Origin: Kudoa neothunni | Lineage: Eukaryota; Animalia; Cnidaria | DNA: 64,000 nucleotides | Direction: 5' to 3' | Assembly (NCBI GenBank): GCA_964304625.1 | Contig: OZ199838.1 | Span: 1,653,927-1,717,926 of the forward strand | Part shown: in pieces, positions 1-11,364 of the stretch | Numbering within the stretch: position 1 is the stretch's first letter | Layout: each line of letters starts with the position of its first letter | The notes under the pieces: generated by a model | Told to the model about the DNA's origin: nothing | Seen by the model: only the letters and a program-made list of their open reading frames with translations | Databases searched by the model: none | Position numbers and translations under genes: made by a program

Positions 1-1434
1 AGGTGATGCTTCCCACCATGCTACACTATTTAATAACATTATTTAAAACTACCCCCAACATAACATTGGTTTTCTTATTTTTAATTTTAGGTTAAATCAA
101 TCTCTAATTTTCCAAGTTACGTAGTTTAATTGGTTCATTTATGTAGAGACACTTTGCAGCTCCTAAAAAACCACCGTTAAATTTTTTTAAATTTAAATGA
201 TCACAAATATTGATTGTTATCATCGGTATATAAAGTAATAACGATAGTTCACATTAAGTTTATGATTGACTAAGGATAAGTCTTATTTTTATAATTGATT
301 TTAATCAAAATGACAATAACTACGAAAATTAATAATAATAATAATAATAATCTGCAACTTTGGTTTCAACTCCTGTGGACACTTCGAAAACACTTCAAGC
401 GACATCGAGCTACGAAACACTATCATAAGGTAAAGATTAAGATATTCTAATTAAGTTTTAGAGACAGTCATGAGTAAATATTAACTTCTCTACATATGAA
501 GTAACTAGATCTTAAAATCTGCTGTTGTACTTAATTTATGCAAAAGTATATAACCACAATCACATACAACCGACCTAACTTGGTAGATCAATTGAGTATA
601 ATTTACGATAAAAAATATATTTTTTGTGGTAAATTAGTTAATAAAGTTGTTTTTTGCTATGACTTGTTTATAAATATCTAAAATTTTTCAGATATATTTG
701 TATGTTACAGTGTTAATAAATGATATTTTTCATCTTATTATATATTGGAAATAGAATATTAATGGATGTATTGCGCATATTTTTAATTGTTCTAGTCAAA
801 AAAATGAATATACTTTTATATTTTAAATAACCTCTCTGGAGAGAATCGAAGACTAAGTAAATTACCTACGCAAGGGTCAAGGGTCGACGAAAGGAAAATA
901 GCTATCACAATTATTGTTAGTCGAAAAGAAACCTTAAATTATTTAATCAATGTCTTCATGTATATTTTTCGATACTATATTAAATATAAAAAAATAAAAG
1001 TTAATATACCAATCAAAAAGACAAAACAACTACAGAAATCACACAGAAAAAGTTCACCATAATGCTACGAATATATCGACTTAAACAGAGGATTATTATC
1101 GTTAATCTGAATTAGATTTATTTTGAGAAAAAAATGCCATATATACATCAAATAAGATAGTTTAATAATTTTATCTCACTCAAACAAATTAACAAAAGGT
1201 TGAATTTTCGCCGAATCAACAATCAACGAATTATTTGATTATAAACAACAAGGATTATTTTTATGATAAAAATAGCTAAATTAAGTATTACATAAACAGA
1301 TTACTACAAAATTCCTAAAGTATTAAAAAGTGACTAAGCGACAAACACTTTATTTTTGGATTTCGACTCGAAATAACTCATATGGAGTACCGTATATATA
1401 TATATATATTGATATTGATATATATATATATATA

Positions 1435-1710
1435 CCAGGGATGGCGAAAGTCCGGTTCGCAAGTTGCAATTGGATCTTGGAAGATGAAATGCGACTCTAA
1501 ATAGATTTAGACTTTTTGTTTCACTAAATTTTGCTCATAAAGTTATTGGGGTATTTTGAAAGTCATAGGATCATGCAATTATCCTGAATAAGAACGCATG
1601 AATTAATTATTAAATAAAACCTATCAACAAAATATAAATATTTAAAATCCCGAAAAATTTAAAGTTCATCAAATGTGTTTCACATTTCAAACAAGATTGG
1701 CCATCCCAAA
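1435..1710. mobile_element. hAT-type MITE (~275 bp)
   Basis: Left end CAGGGATGGCGAA at 1435 and imperfect inverted right end TTGGCCATCCC at ~1697-1707; sits next to a (TA)n tract; no coding capacity. Confidence 0.5.
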
Positions 1711-1952
1711 TATACACCCCTCTCGAAAAAGTAAGAGTCCAACACATCTAATTCTACATTTATGATTCCATTTAGCGCAAAAAATGGCGTTTAACATAAT
1801 TCATTTCGACAACCTTCAATAATTTGAAATATTTTAATCGTAAATAAAAATAACCTAAACAAAAAAATGCACTTTGGTAATATTTAAATGGAATAATTTT
1901 AGATTAATACAACTATTTATGCAGCAGTCGCGCGCAAGTGACCTTGGAGGAA

Positions 1953-2965
1953 ATGGTGAGTGACCTGTGTTTTCTTGTGTAGTCGACTAAAGATTGTTTA
2001 GTCTAGAAATTACGACACAAGAACTACCACATTTTCACCTGAGGGTAAATAACGCATATCAATCCCGGTTAATTCGTCTACATGAATTGTTAGGACGTCT
2101 CTTCCAAGTTGAATATGCGCTCGAAGCTATAAATCGTGCTGGAACATGTACAGCTATTGTTTGTAGTGATGGTGTTATTATGGCTTCGGAGAAGAGGAAC
2201 TACAACGAGTTGTTGGATGATATGGGTCCGGAAAAGATTTATAAAATAAACAAGTAACCACTGTTGATTATCCTCAATTTCACATCAACCAACCACCTTC
2301 ATTAACATTCTCTTCTCGTTAGTGATATTTCATGTTGTGTGGCTGGGGTTACTTCGGATGCCAATGTGATCATTCAGATCCTGCGAGAGAGTGCTCAGCG
2401 ATATTACAAAACCTACCAGGAACCTATACCTATCGAGCAGTTGGTCACTAATATTTGTGATGTGAAGCAACAATACACACAATTGGGTGGGTTTCGACCA
2501 TTCGGTGTGTCCATACTTTATATTGGATGGGATAAAATCTACGGTTACCAACTCTATCAGAGTGATCCTAGTGGAAATTATTCCGGTTGGAATGCCACAT
2601 GTATTGGGCTGAACAACAACAAAGCTATCCAAAAACTTAAGCAGGAGTTCACCGAAACAATGACTGTGGAGGAAGCGAAAGTTTTGATAATACAAATTAT
2701 GCAAGAAGCTCTCGAGACTGAATATTTGTCATCAAAAAACTGTATACTCCAAATAAGCATAATATCTCTTATATAATGAATATGAATATGAATGAATAAA
2801 TAAATATGACTGTGCGTGTGATTTTTAATTTTAATTTTTATAGTGGAAGTCGCCACATTCCAACGTAACAATGGTCAATCGAATTGTCATATTTTCACGC
2901 CGGATGAGATTCTAGCCCTACCAGGCAACAAATTCGAATCATCACAATTCACAGACACAGCATAA
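1953..2965 (+). CDS. PSMA4: 20S proteasome subunit alpha type-4 (alpha3), 5 exons
   Basis: ATG 1953-1955; GT-AG introns 1956-2001, 2045-2093, 2254-2322, 2742-2843. Spliced product [28 protein letters not shown]...[10 protein letters not shown]...[48 protein letters not shown], which is the alpha3 signature. Stop TAA 2963-2965. Confidence 0.96.
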
Positions 2966-3071
2966 ATCAATAGATAAACAAAAAAATACACATTGTTATT
3001 GAATGATAATAAAAAATTTAAATTTTTGGTCATTTATGTGCGTTTTTTTCTGCAATTGTTTATTGGAGTGT

Positions 3072-3366
3072 TTATTTGTTGATGTCCATGTATTTGTAAA
3101 ATTCTTTTCGCCACAAATCATGCTTTTCACTAATTAAACTCGGTTATTCTGACACTAAACAACAGATTCACGTACCGCAATCGTTTATATTGACGCCGAT
3201 ACGAAGCGTGCTCATTGGAAACAATTAACACCAGTCCAACAATTAAAATGGGCAATGTTAAAACTTTTTTCGGTCTCAACCTATCAAAATTCAACAGTGG
3301 ATACCCACCATATGGAGGCATCTCTTGTGAGGGAGGATTTTTAAAGTAGTTTTCGTTAACGTTCAT
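3072..3366 (-). CDS. NDUFA13: NADH dehydrogenase 1 alpha subcomplex subunit 13 (GRIM-19)-like, short form, 2 exons
   Basis: QEMPPYGGYPLLNFDRLRPKK matches the GRIM-19 motif QDMPPxGGYxxIxxxRxxP and is followed by one TM helix. A 46-nt GT-AG intron (3175-3130) joins RRQYKRLR to EKHDLWRKEFYKYMDINK*, giving ~82 aa. Confidence 0.82.
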
Positions 3367-3426
3367 TTAAAAATATGCGTGCGCGCAGAGAAATGGGGAT
3401 TTAAAACAGCAAGACACTAAACTAAA

Positions 3427-5083
3427 TCATTCGTCCATTGATTTAACTTTTGCAAGTCCCAACACCACCTTAACACATTTAGAACTTCGATGTACATATT
3501 AAGATTGTACTTCGATAAAAATTAAAAGAATAATCAACCATTCTAGTCGGTGCCCATGGGTTTCACTGAGATGGTTTTTTAAGAGGTCAATTATTTGAGT
3601 GGAATGATGGAGTTTTTGGTTAAGAACCTATTGAATAAATTTTAATAAATGAGTGAATTGTTATCTATCGTTAATGTACGTCTGTTCTGTTTTTTATGTC
3701 CAAATAGTCGCATGATGATTCAAACAAAAGATAAATATCATCATAGTCCCAATACATATCGTGTAGGTTGAGAAAGTCGTTGTCCAGATTCACCAACAGT
3801 CTAAGTATAGAGTTGAGTAAGAGTGAGATTTTCATGGATTCCCTCTCACCTTAAATATTCTATTTCGCCGGATTTCTTTAGAATATCCGAACGACTAAAT
3901 TTACTCTTCTTGCCATTTTTCAAATTCTAACAATTAACAAATTACAATAATATCGTAGAAAGATTCTCGAGTAATTATTAGATTAGAGTTTGTGTTGGTA
4001 GCAATCAAATGTAGCTACCTCTGGTACATGAAGAATAGACTTTATCAGTTGATCCATGGATTTCTCGTAGAATGATAATTTCACTGCGTGATTTTTTTAG
4101 AAAAATTAAGTTGTTCGTAAATTTCACCTGAAAGCGCCAATGAATGAGATATCGCAAGTTTTTCATTCAAAAGTGTATCCATATCGTTACCCAACACTAT
4201 TTTACCATTTGAAAAGGTGGTTTTGAGAGGGGTTCTTTACAATCAAAATTATGCGCTCATTGAAACAACAAAGAGCGTATACTTTCTGCTGTCTATATTG
4301 AACATATAACAGTCGCTTTCTTCTTCGATAGTTTTATCATCATACACCACAGTTTGACAACGTTTAATCAAATCAATAAATGAAACGATCTAATTTTATG
4401 ATTGCTAACAATTTATGACACAAATTCTACTTCGGTTTTGGAACAATTCCATCCAACAAATACTCCCATGTCGCTATAATAAACTTCAATTGAGGAATGT
4501 TTGATTTAAAATCCAATTACGAAAATAAATATATTCGCTCGGATAATTTATAATCTACACATGCATCCTCTTCTACCACTGGATTCATTCGAATGCAAAA
4601 TACATTATCTGGATCAGCTATTCTCGTCATATACATACAATCAATAATAAAATCAATAGAGATTGAATAAATCAATCACAGATAGAACATTTTTCTAGAT
4701 TGAGATTTTTTTCGGTCAGAATATTTTGCAGTTGATCAATATCTATTTCTTCCCCTGTACAAAAAGCTACACATTCGTTGGTTGGTTGTTCAGCCTAGGT
4801 GCGGATGAAATTTATAGAATTGGATCTGTGATGAGTTTTTCAAGAATTATACTTTTTGCTTAATCAACTGACTCCTTTTGTATTTAGATTTTGGGGTTCG
4901 TATCAATGAATCCAAACGCTTCGTGTTATCCGTGGGAATGCGAGCTGGCACTGAAGAACAACATCGTTGTAAAACTTTAGAATAATTTCCTATAATTTTA
5001 GATTTGAACTGTCGCTCAAAAAGATTGTTAAATTTAGGTGGGTGACAAAATTTTAAATTATGTCCTAATCCAATCAACCTCAT
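3427..5083 (-). CDS. RMND1: RMND1 / Sif2-family (DUF155) mitochondrial inner-membrane protein, ~11 exons
   Basis: Exon translations in order: ECVAFCTGEEIDID, YLFSDMGVFVGWN, EKLAISHSLALSVKLSFYEKSMD, DILKKSGEI, VNLDNDFLNLHDMYWD, VLNQKLHH...HLSETHGHRLEWLIILLIFIEVVLGL. These are collinear with RMND1. The basic N-terminus resembles a mitochondrial presequence. Confidence 0.92.
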
Positions 5084-5140
5084 TGCTATCCTGTATCGGT
5101 TAAATCCGACTCACGTCGGCCAAGCATTAACAAATTTAAA
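5084..5140. promoter_or_regulatory. 57-bp head-to-head spacer / putative bidirectional promoter
   Basis: Lies between the divergent ATGs at 5083 (-) and 5141 (+); contains a CpG-bearing TCACGTCG (CRE/E-box-like) at 5111-5118. Confidence 0.6.
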
Positions 5141-6079
5141 ATGTCTCAGGTGGCCTTCCTTTCAAAATGTTATTTCTTAAATTTGATTTGCTATAATTAT
5201 ATGTCTCTTAGACTCGAGAATCTCACCAGCGGCAAAAGTATTAATTGATAAATTCAGAGTGGATAGAAATAAAATTGTTTCCACTGGACCGAAAAATTTA
5301 ATTTTAAAACAAGATGTGCTTCGTTGTATCAAAAATAACTATCATCTCACCATGTGCACTCGTATATCTCCTCCAATCCCTCAACAATTTGAATCATCAT
5401 GTTATTTATATTTTTTCTCGTAAGTGTTTATTGAGTTTAGATCAATTATTCTACAGCCAAAAACTAACTATGCCACATTTTAATATGCTTGAAGATGATT
5501 GCGAACATTTTTTATCGCCTATCGATTTTCTGAATTATTTTAATCACATTGTCGGCTTTCAATCTGTGCTTATTAAGATTTTCGCACAGTGTATGTTCGA
5601 AAATGATCCTATTTATTTTAAAAATCTAATTTTTAATATTGAGAAAAATATTAAATCGGAAATGAGATTAGTCTCACTTGAAAATCCTTTAAATGCTTCT
5701 CTTGATGATATTTTTAACATTCTAAAGGTCGAGTTTGGTGACTTTTGATGAATTATAACAATTCATTATTTAGGAGAATACAAACCCACAGAAACGAACC
5801 AATAAAATTGATTCCACTGCAAACTCAGAAACTCCTGTTGCAGTGAAAGTGATATTCTTCGATGATCATTTGAATGGATGGTTTCCTATCAGTCAACAAG
5901 ATTCATTTTGTATCTCAGTCTCCAAACCAAAGACTACCTTTTCAGATGACTTCCAACCAAAACTTCAGTTTGATGTAAATGTCTCCACCAATCAAAACGA
6001 CCTTCCTACTAACTTGGTTGAACAATTTTACGAAAAATTTCCGAATAAATTTTCCGAATTAACTTCATTCGTGTCTTAA
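5141..6079 (+). CDS. Pyruvate dehydrogenase E3-binding protein (PDHX)-like with no lipoyl domain, 4 exons
   Basis: Introns 5169-5211, 5420-5456, 5728-5772. Product MSQVAFLSKYSRISPAAKVLIDKFRVDRNKIVSTGPKNLILKQDVLRCI matches the E3-binding (PSBD) motif SPAAxxL...TGPxxxIxKxDV. It continues with KLTMPHF (cf. KxTIPH at the start of the E2 inner domain) and a degenerate inner domain lacking DHRxxDG. Confidence 0.7.
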
Positions 6080-6739
6080 TAATTATAAATATTTACGTTT
6101 CATTTACTTCTTGTACTGATCTTAAATAAATATATATATTGTTAATTTTTTAATTTATCCCACTAAACCTTCATTACAACACACACGATTCACAATACTC
6201 CAGTTTACACCATGGCTGGGAAATTATGTTAACGATATGATTGATATTAATGAAACTATACCTACATTATTTTAGAAATTCTATTGAAAATAATAATAGG
6301 CACTTGATAGTGGTGAGATAATTGGACTGTATGGGCACACATTGAAATCGATCACTCGATTTTTGATGTAGATTATATTTAAATGATTATTAATATCATA
6401 AAACAATACCAAACGCAACAAATAATTACATAAATATTAACATTTGACGTGGTCTCTATCCCAAAGGAGTAGAAATATTTTAATCCCAATCTTTTCTCGT
6501 TTATAATTACAATCTCCACCTTTTTTTGATTTAACCTAATGTACTATTGATCACTTTATATATGGATTATTTAATTTACATTTGTAAACCCTATATACAT
6601 TAAAGTATTGCTCTATGTGGGTTGAATTATCATGAGTTTCATTTCGCACTGTTTTTGATAAAATGAAGAATTAAAAAGTTAATTTTTAAGGTCAATCGAT
6701 AAACTAGGTTAGATCTGATCGAATAAATTTTAAGATTAA

Positions 6740-6905
6740 TGCGAAAAAAGTGTGTATTAATCATTTTCAAATTAAAATATGATATAAAGCTTGAATCAAA
6801 GTATAATCAGTTTAAATATAAAAATCAATATTTTGAAGACCGTGAAGCGCGGAACTTTTTATAAAGAAAAAGTGGTGGGTGATAAAAAAAAGATTGGAAA
6901 CACTG
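6740..6905. repeat. hAT-type MITE right-end family copy (related copy at ~27600-27763)
   Basis: Both copies share TATTAATCATTTTCAAATT...GAATCAAA...GCGYGGAACTT...AAAAAGTGG and end in GATTGGAAACACTG / GGTTGGGAACCACTG. Confidence 0.55.
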
Positions 6906-7062
6906 TACTGTATAAAAAACAACACAAACTGTCCAGTTTTATCCAGGAGATCGGAAATATGCGGTATTTAAAAATCTCTTAAACCCATTCAAGGTAAAGT
7001 ATACATTAATCCCTACAATTGACCCAGAGAATAAATTTATAAATTACAAACTGTAAATATAA

Positions 7063-7795
7063 CACCGTATACACTCGATTAAAAATCGCATATTTAAAAA
7101 AAATCTTCAAAATCCACATGCGACTTATACACTTTGTACAAGCTTAAAAATAAGGATAGCTCATAGTAAAGTATATAATTTTTTCGTAATAAATTAATTT
7201 CCTAATTCAAATATAAAGTTCGCGAGAAATGGATTAAATGGATTAAATTGATGTCGGAGGGATTGACAAAAACAAAACTTCAAGAAAGTTTAAAGACCTG
7301 CAATATTTATCGTAGCTGGCTGGTTGAAACATTCTTGGGAATCAACAAGTTCAAAAATTATCAAAAGATCATTCAAAAAATGCGACATATCAAATTCAAT
7401 GGAGGGGAGCGAAGATGATATAGTTTGGGAGGATAAGAGAAGAAAGAAAGTAACGAAAAGAGGTCGGTGAGATCTATGACGACATCATGACTACTGAGCA
7501 AGGAATATGTCTGCTTGAGAAGAGCGACTCTTCTTCCAATTTAATCGACAAAAATTATTCACATTTGAAACTTATTTTTTGATAAATACTAGAATTATAT
7601 GAACTTAAAATAAATATTTTCTTGTTTAATTCTGTAAATTTCATTTTTTTCATCAGCTTAAGCTAAAATATCTAATCTGTTACAAATTTAAAAATTGAAA
7701 GCATTTTTTTCAAGGTGCGAATATTACACGACCCAACCAAAATCACGAAAAATTAATTCAATCCCCATGTGACGTATACTTGAGTATGTACGGTA
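7063..7795 (+). mobile_element. pogo/Tigger-like deletion derivative
   Basis: Imperfect TIRs CACCGTATACACTCG...TGAGTATGTACGGTA. The interior encodes the pogo C-terminal motif WLKHSWESTSSKIIKRSFKKCDISNSMEGSEDDIVWED. Confidence 0.75.
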
Positions 7796-8313
7796 GATAT
7801 TTGTAAAAATATTACATATAAAATTTGAAGCCCATATGTATCCAAAGTATACAATAAAAAACACAAATAATTTATACAACTATACGTTACCCAAATCCTA
7901 CTTTTTTGCACCTGTTCGTTTTGTAAAGTTAACCATCATAAAAAATGAGTTTGGAAAAATAAATCACCGAAATTGGTTTTAGGAAATTTCAAGTGTAATA
8001 AATTTAAAAAGTTGACCATATTGCTATCATAATATTTTAATGATAAAATTATTGTAACTTTTTTTACAATTCAGATAACTTAACCAAAAAAATGTATAAA
8101 CTAAAAAAGTATTAGTTGATTCTATTAATGTTTTAAACAGTTGATAATTAATACAAAAAAATGATAGAGAAGATAATTTATAAAATGTGTAAAGTTTATT
8201 AATATGATTGAGTTATATAATTTTGAAAATCAAATACTATTAACAAATTTTTTACAATGTATACGCAACTTGGAAGTTAATAAATGGACAGTCGAGTGGG
8301 CAAATTGGTTGTA

Positions 8314-8495
8314 GGAAATTTAACGATGCATTCACGTGCGCCAGCGGTGTTGTATTCGGGATTTTGTAATAAAATTAGATATTAATATAATTACCTGAAT
8401 TTTTCCTCTCGGTATTTTTTTATTTTAATATAAATAATCGTTAGAGAATCGGGGGAAAATCTAAGCAGTAGGATGTTTTCTAGGTACCACATGCT
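8314..8495 (+). repeat. Diverged solo copy of the long Merlin-associated terminal repeat
   Basis: Aligns to 15076-15265 (GGAAATTTAACGATGC...TTCCTCTCGGTATT...TTTTAATATAAATAATCGT...CCACAT). Confidence 0.65.
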
Positions 8496-8611
8496 GTCTT
8501 AAAACCTCTCCTGTCAACGTCATTTCTATCGTGCACCCGTATCAATATCCTCAACAATTGTGAAATAAGTGTTGTTGGATGAATTTATAAACATAATAAC
8601 AGGCCGATTAA

Positions 8612-9784
8612 ACCTTCCAGGAACAATCGATTCGAAAAACCGTGTGTGACCGTGACCGCGACCAAGTGGGGTCTCGCGAGACCCCAGTAAAAATAGAACG
8701 TAGACTTAAAAGTAAACATAATAATGAACTGATTTATGTTACAATTATTATGTAATTTCATGATTGTCAATAAATATCTAAATTTTTGTGATTCGGTAAT
8801 TCACGAAGGTTACATTTGAATGAGCTTATTATATACTTTGATGTGCCCATGTATTGTTAACGCATACAAAATTTAGTTTTCTTTTAAAACTAAAGACATT
8901 ATGGAATCAATAATTAAAATGTAAATAAGGCATAATATTACAAAACAGTTGGACGTTTTATCCGTAACATTCGGCTGCCACATGATGGTGAAGGATCGAT
9001 CTTAAGATTAAGAAGTGAAACATACCTTTTAAATTGAAAAAATTTCATTATGTTTTTAAGTGTGCTTTTTGGTTAAAACTTAAATATTCTTTCATATCAA
9101 GAGATATGAATAATCGTGACCCAAATCAAACGATATAATGTATAATGTCACTCCAATTTAAAAATCAACGTGATTAATATTTCGAGAATAATGCTTCGGG
9201 AACATACAAACTTCAAAAGATTGTTCCAGTCCAGATGATCAGAAAAAATTGAAGCGTTTTCGATATGCTCATGTAAATAATCAGTACCACCTGATTGGTC
9301 ATCGCATTTCTCAATGATATAACACATTCATCCATGCTTTGCTGGTCCAATTCAGACATATTATATTCAGATATTTGCTCATCCTCAGAATAATCATCGA
9401 TGTAGTCTTCAGCATTATTTTCATTATTTTTTGAGAATAACAAATTCAATTGGTTAGGAAAAGCAAAAAAACGTAGATAGATCAATCGGATTAGTTATCG
9501 CTAATCTATAGCGGTAATCTTCTGAGATTTTTGTCGTTATTTTCATACAAATGTAATGTTTAAACGAAATTAATTTTTTAAAATTTCACTGGAATTAATA
9601 TTTATAAAATGAATAATTGAGGTTACGAACATTTATAATTGCATGCACTCAAAATATTATTTTATTATAAAGTTAAACATTATAGAGAATATGAATTTTA
9701 ACATCAACGGAAGCTGATTTTTCGAGTTACGATCAAAAAGACACATCATGGGGTCTCGGTAGACATCGTTTGATCCTATAGGGG
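8612..9784 (-). mobile_element. Internally deleted piggyBac-like element
   Basis: Bounded by TTAA (8608-8611; 9785-9788 after AGGGG). Subterminal palindrome GGGGTCTCGCGAGACCCC at 8667-8684 has a counterpart GGGGTCTCGGTAGAC at ~9750. The interior has an acidic N-terminal-like stretch (ORF 9213-9485) and a DKTSNC Cys-rich-like remnant. Confidence 0.5.
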
Positions 9785-11364
9785 TTAATTCAAACGATTA
9801 TTTACCTGGGCTCTAAAAAACTCGAGGGGCAGAGATAGCCGGCAACTCTCGGTGATCATTTCAGTAGCACTCATTGAATTGTTTGTCGGGTGGGTAATCG
9901 ATATCAGGACACCTTCGTTGAAGGTAATTTGTCCCAACAAATTTAAAAGCAAATATCTTCTGAAAAGACTCATTATTTTTTGGCTATGAAAGAGCTAGCT
10001 TAATATGACCGCACTTGTCTTATTGTCACAGAAAATTAATTTTTTGAAATTTAGAAAGGATCATGATGAATAATTATGTCACGAAATTGCGAAATTCGCA
10101 ACGGAAAGTGTATTATTATATCTTATTAATTTTAGGATGTTTGCAAAGCTATAGCTATAAGCTGGTTGCTTTAAATCTATGTGTCATTTCTTATATATCG
10201 TGTAATAGTTATTTGATCAATTATCCTATCGATTTTACGAAGAAATTAATCAAAATCCTTGAATGTGCTGATACAGACGACATTAGATTTCCAAAATGGT
10301 ATTCACAAAAAAAGAGTCGTAATAATATTGTTTGGTGATTCTAACGATTACATATTAAATTGTAGATACTATAAGATGCCCAATAAGAAATCTTTCATTA
10401 AATATTATTCGGATCATGGCGAGATAAGTATTTTTATATGATTCAACGATGGGAACGTTAAAATGGGATTTGCATTCATGTAACTTTGGTCTATTTGACT
10501 CAATGAATATTCATAATCTTTAATAATCATCGAGTGCGTTACTCTAATTTAACATGGTAACATATGTTTCTGTTTCTTCATTTTATTGAATCTCAACATA
10601 ATAAAATTTCAAATATTGAGTGTTGATAAAACCAATAAAATGATATTCTAACCTTTTCACATTTAATAACAGTTTGGTAGTGTCATTAATTATATTCTTG
10701 TAATCAGTACACAATTTCCCTATCTTTTTAATTGTATTTTAGTTGACATGCACGATTATCTATATTAAAATAAAAGAATACCGAGAGGAAGTTTTCAGAT
10801 AATTATGATAGCATTTAATTTTGGCACAAAATCCCTAATACTACATACTACATTGTCGTCACACACAAAAGCATCGTTAAATTTCCAATAACCATTGAAA
10901 ACCCACTTTATTGTTTTTACATTAACTTCTAAGTTTATTATGTCTTAATAACATTTTTTTATGTACATCGACCATGAACCTTTCAAGATAACAGTACATT
11001 CAATTATCACCTATTTTAGTTTATAAATTTTGTTGGCCAATTTATTTGAATTATAAAAAGAGTTATAATCGTTTTAACACAAAATTTGTATAGTCACAAT
11101 ATAATGAAGCTTTGATCTTCATTAGATTTAATATTTATCAAAAAAAATCTTTTAACAATTAGTTTTTAAAGAATCATTCTTAACACGAGTTGATTGTACA
11201 AACAAAAAGAAGCTACATAAATAAGAATCTAGTAGTATATCACTTCAATTATGCTATATATTTTACTTGATTTCGCAGATATGTACGATCTTTTAATATA
11301 ATATTCAATCTTTTCACATTTTTATAAGAATAATCATTATATGTTAACCCTTTGATATTATAAT

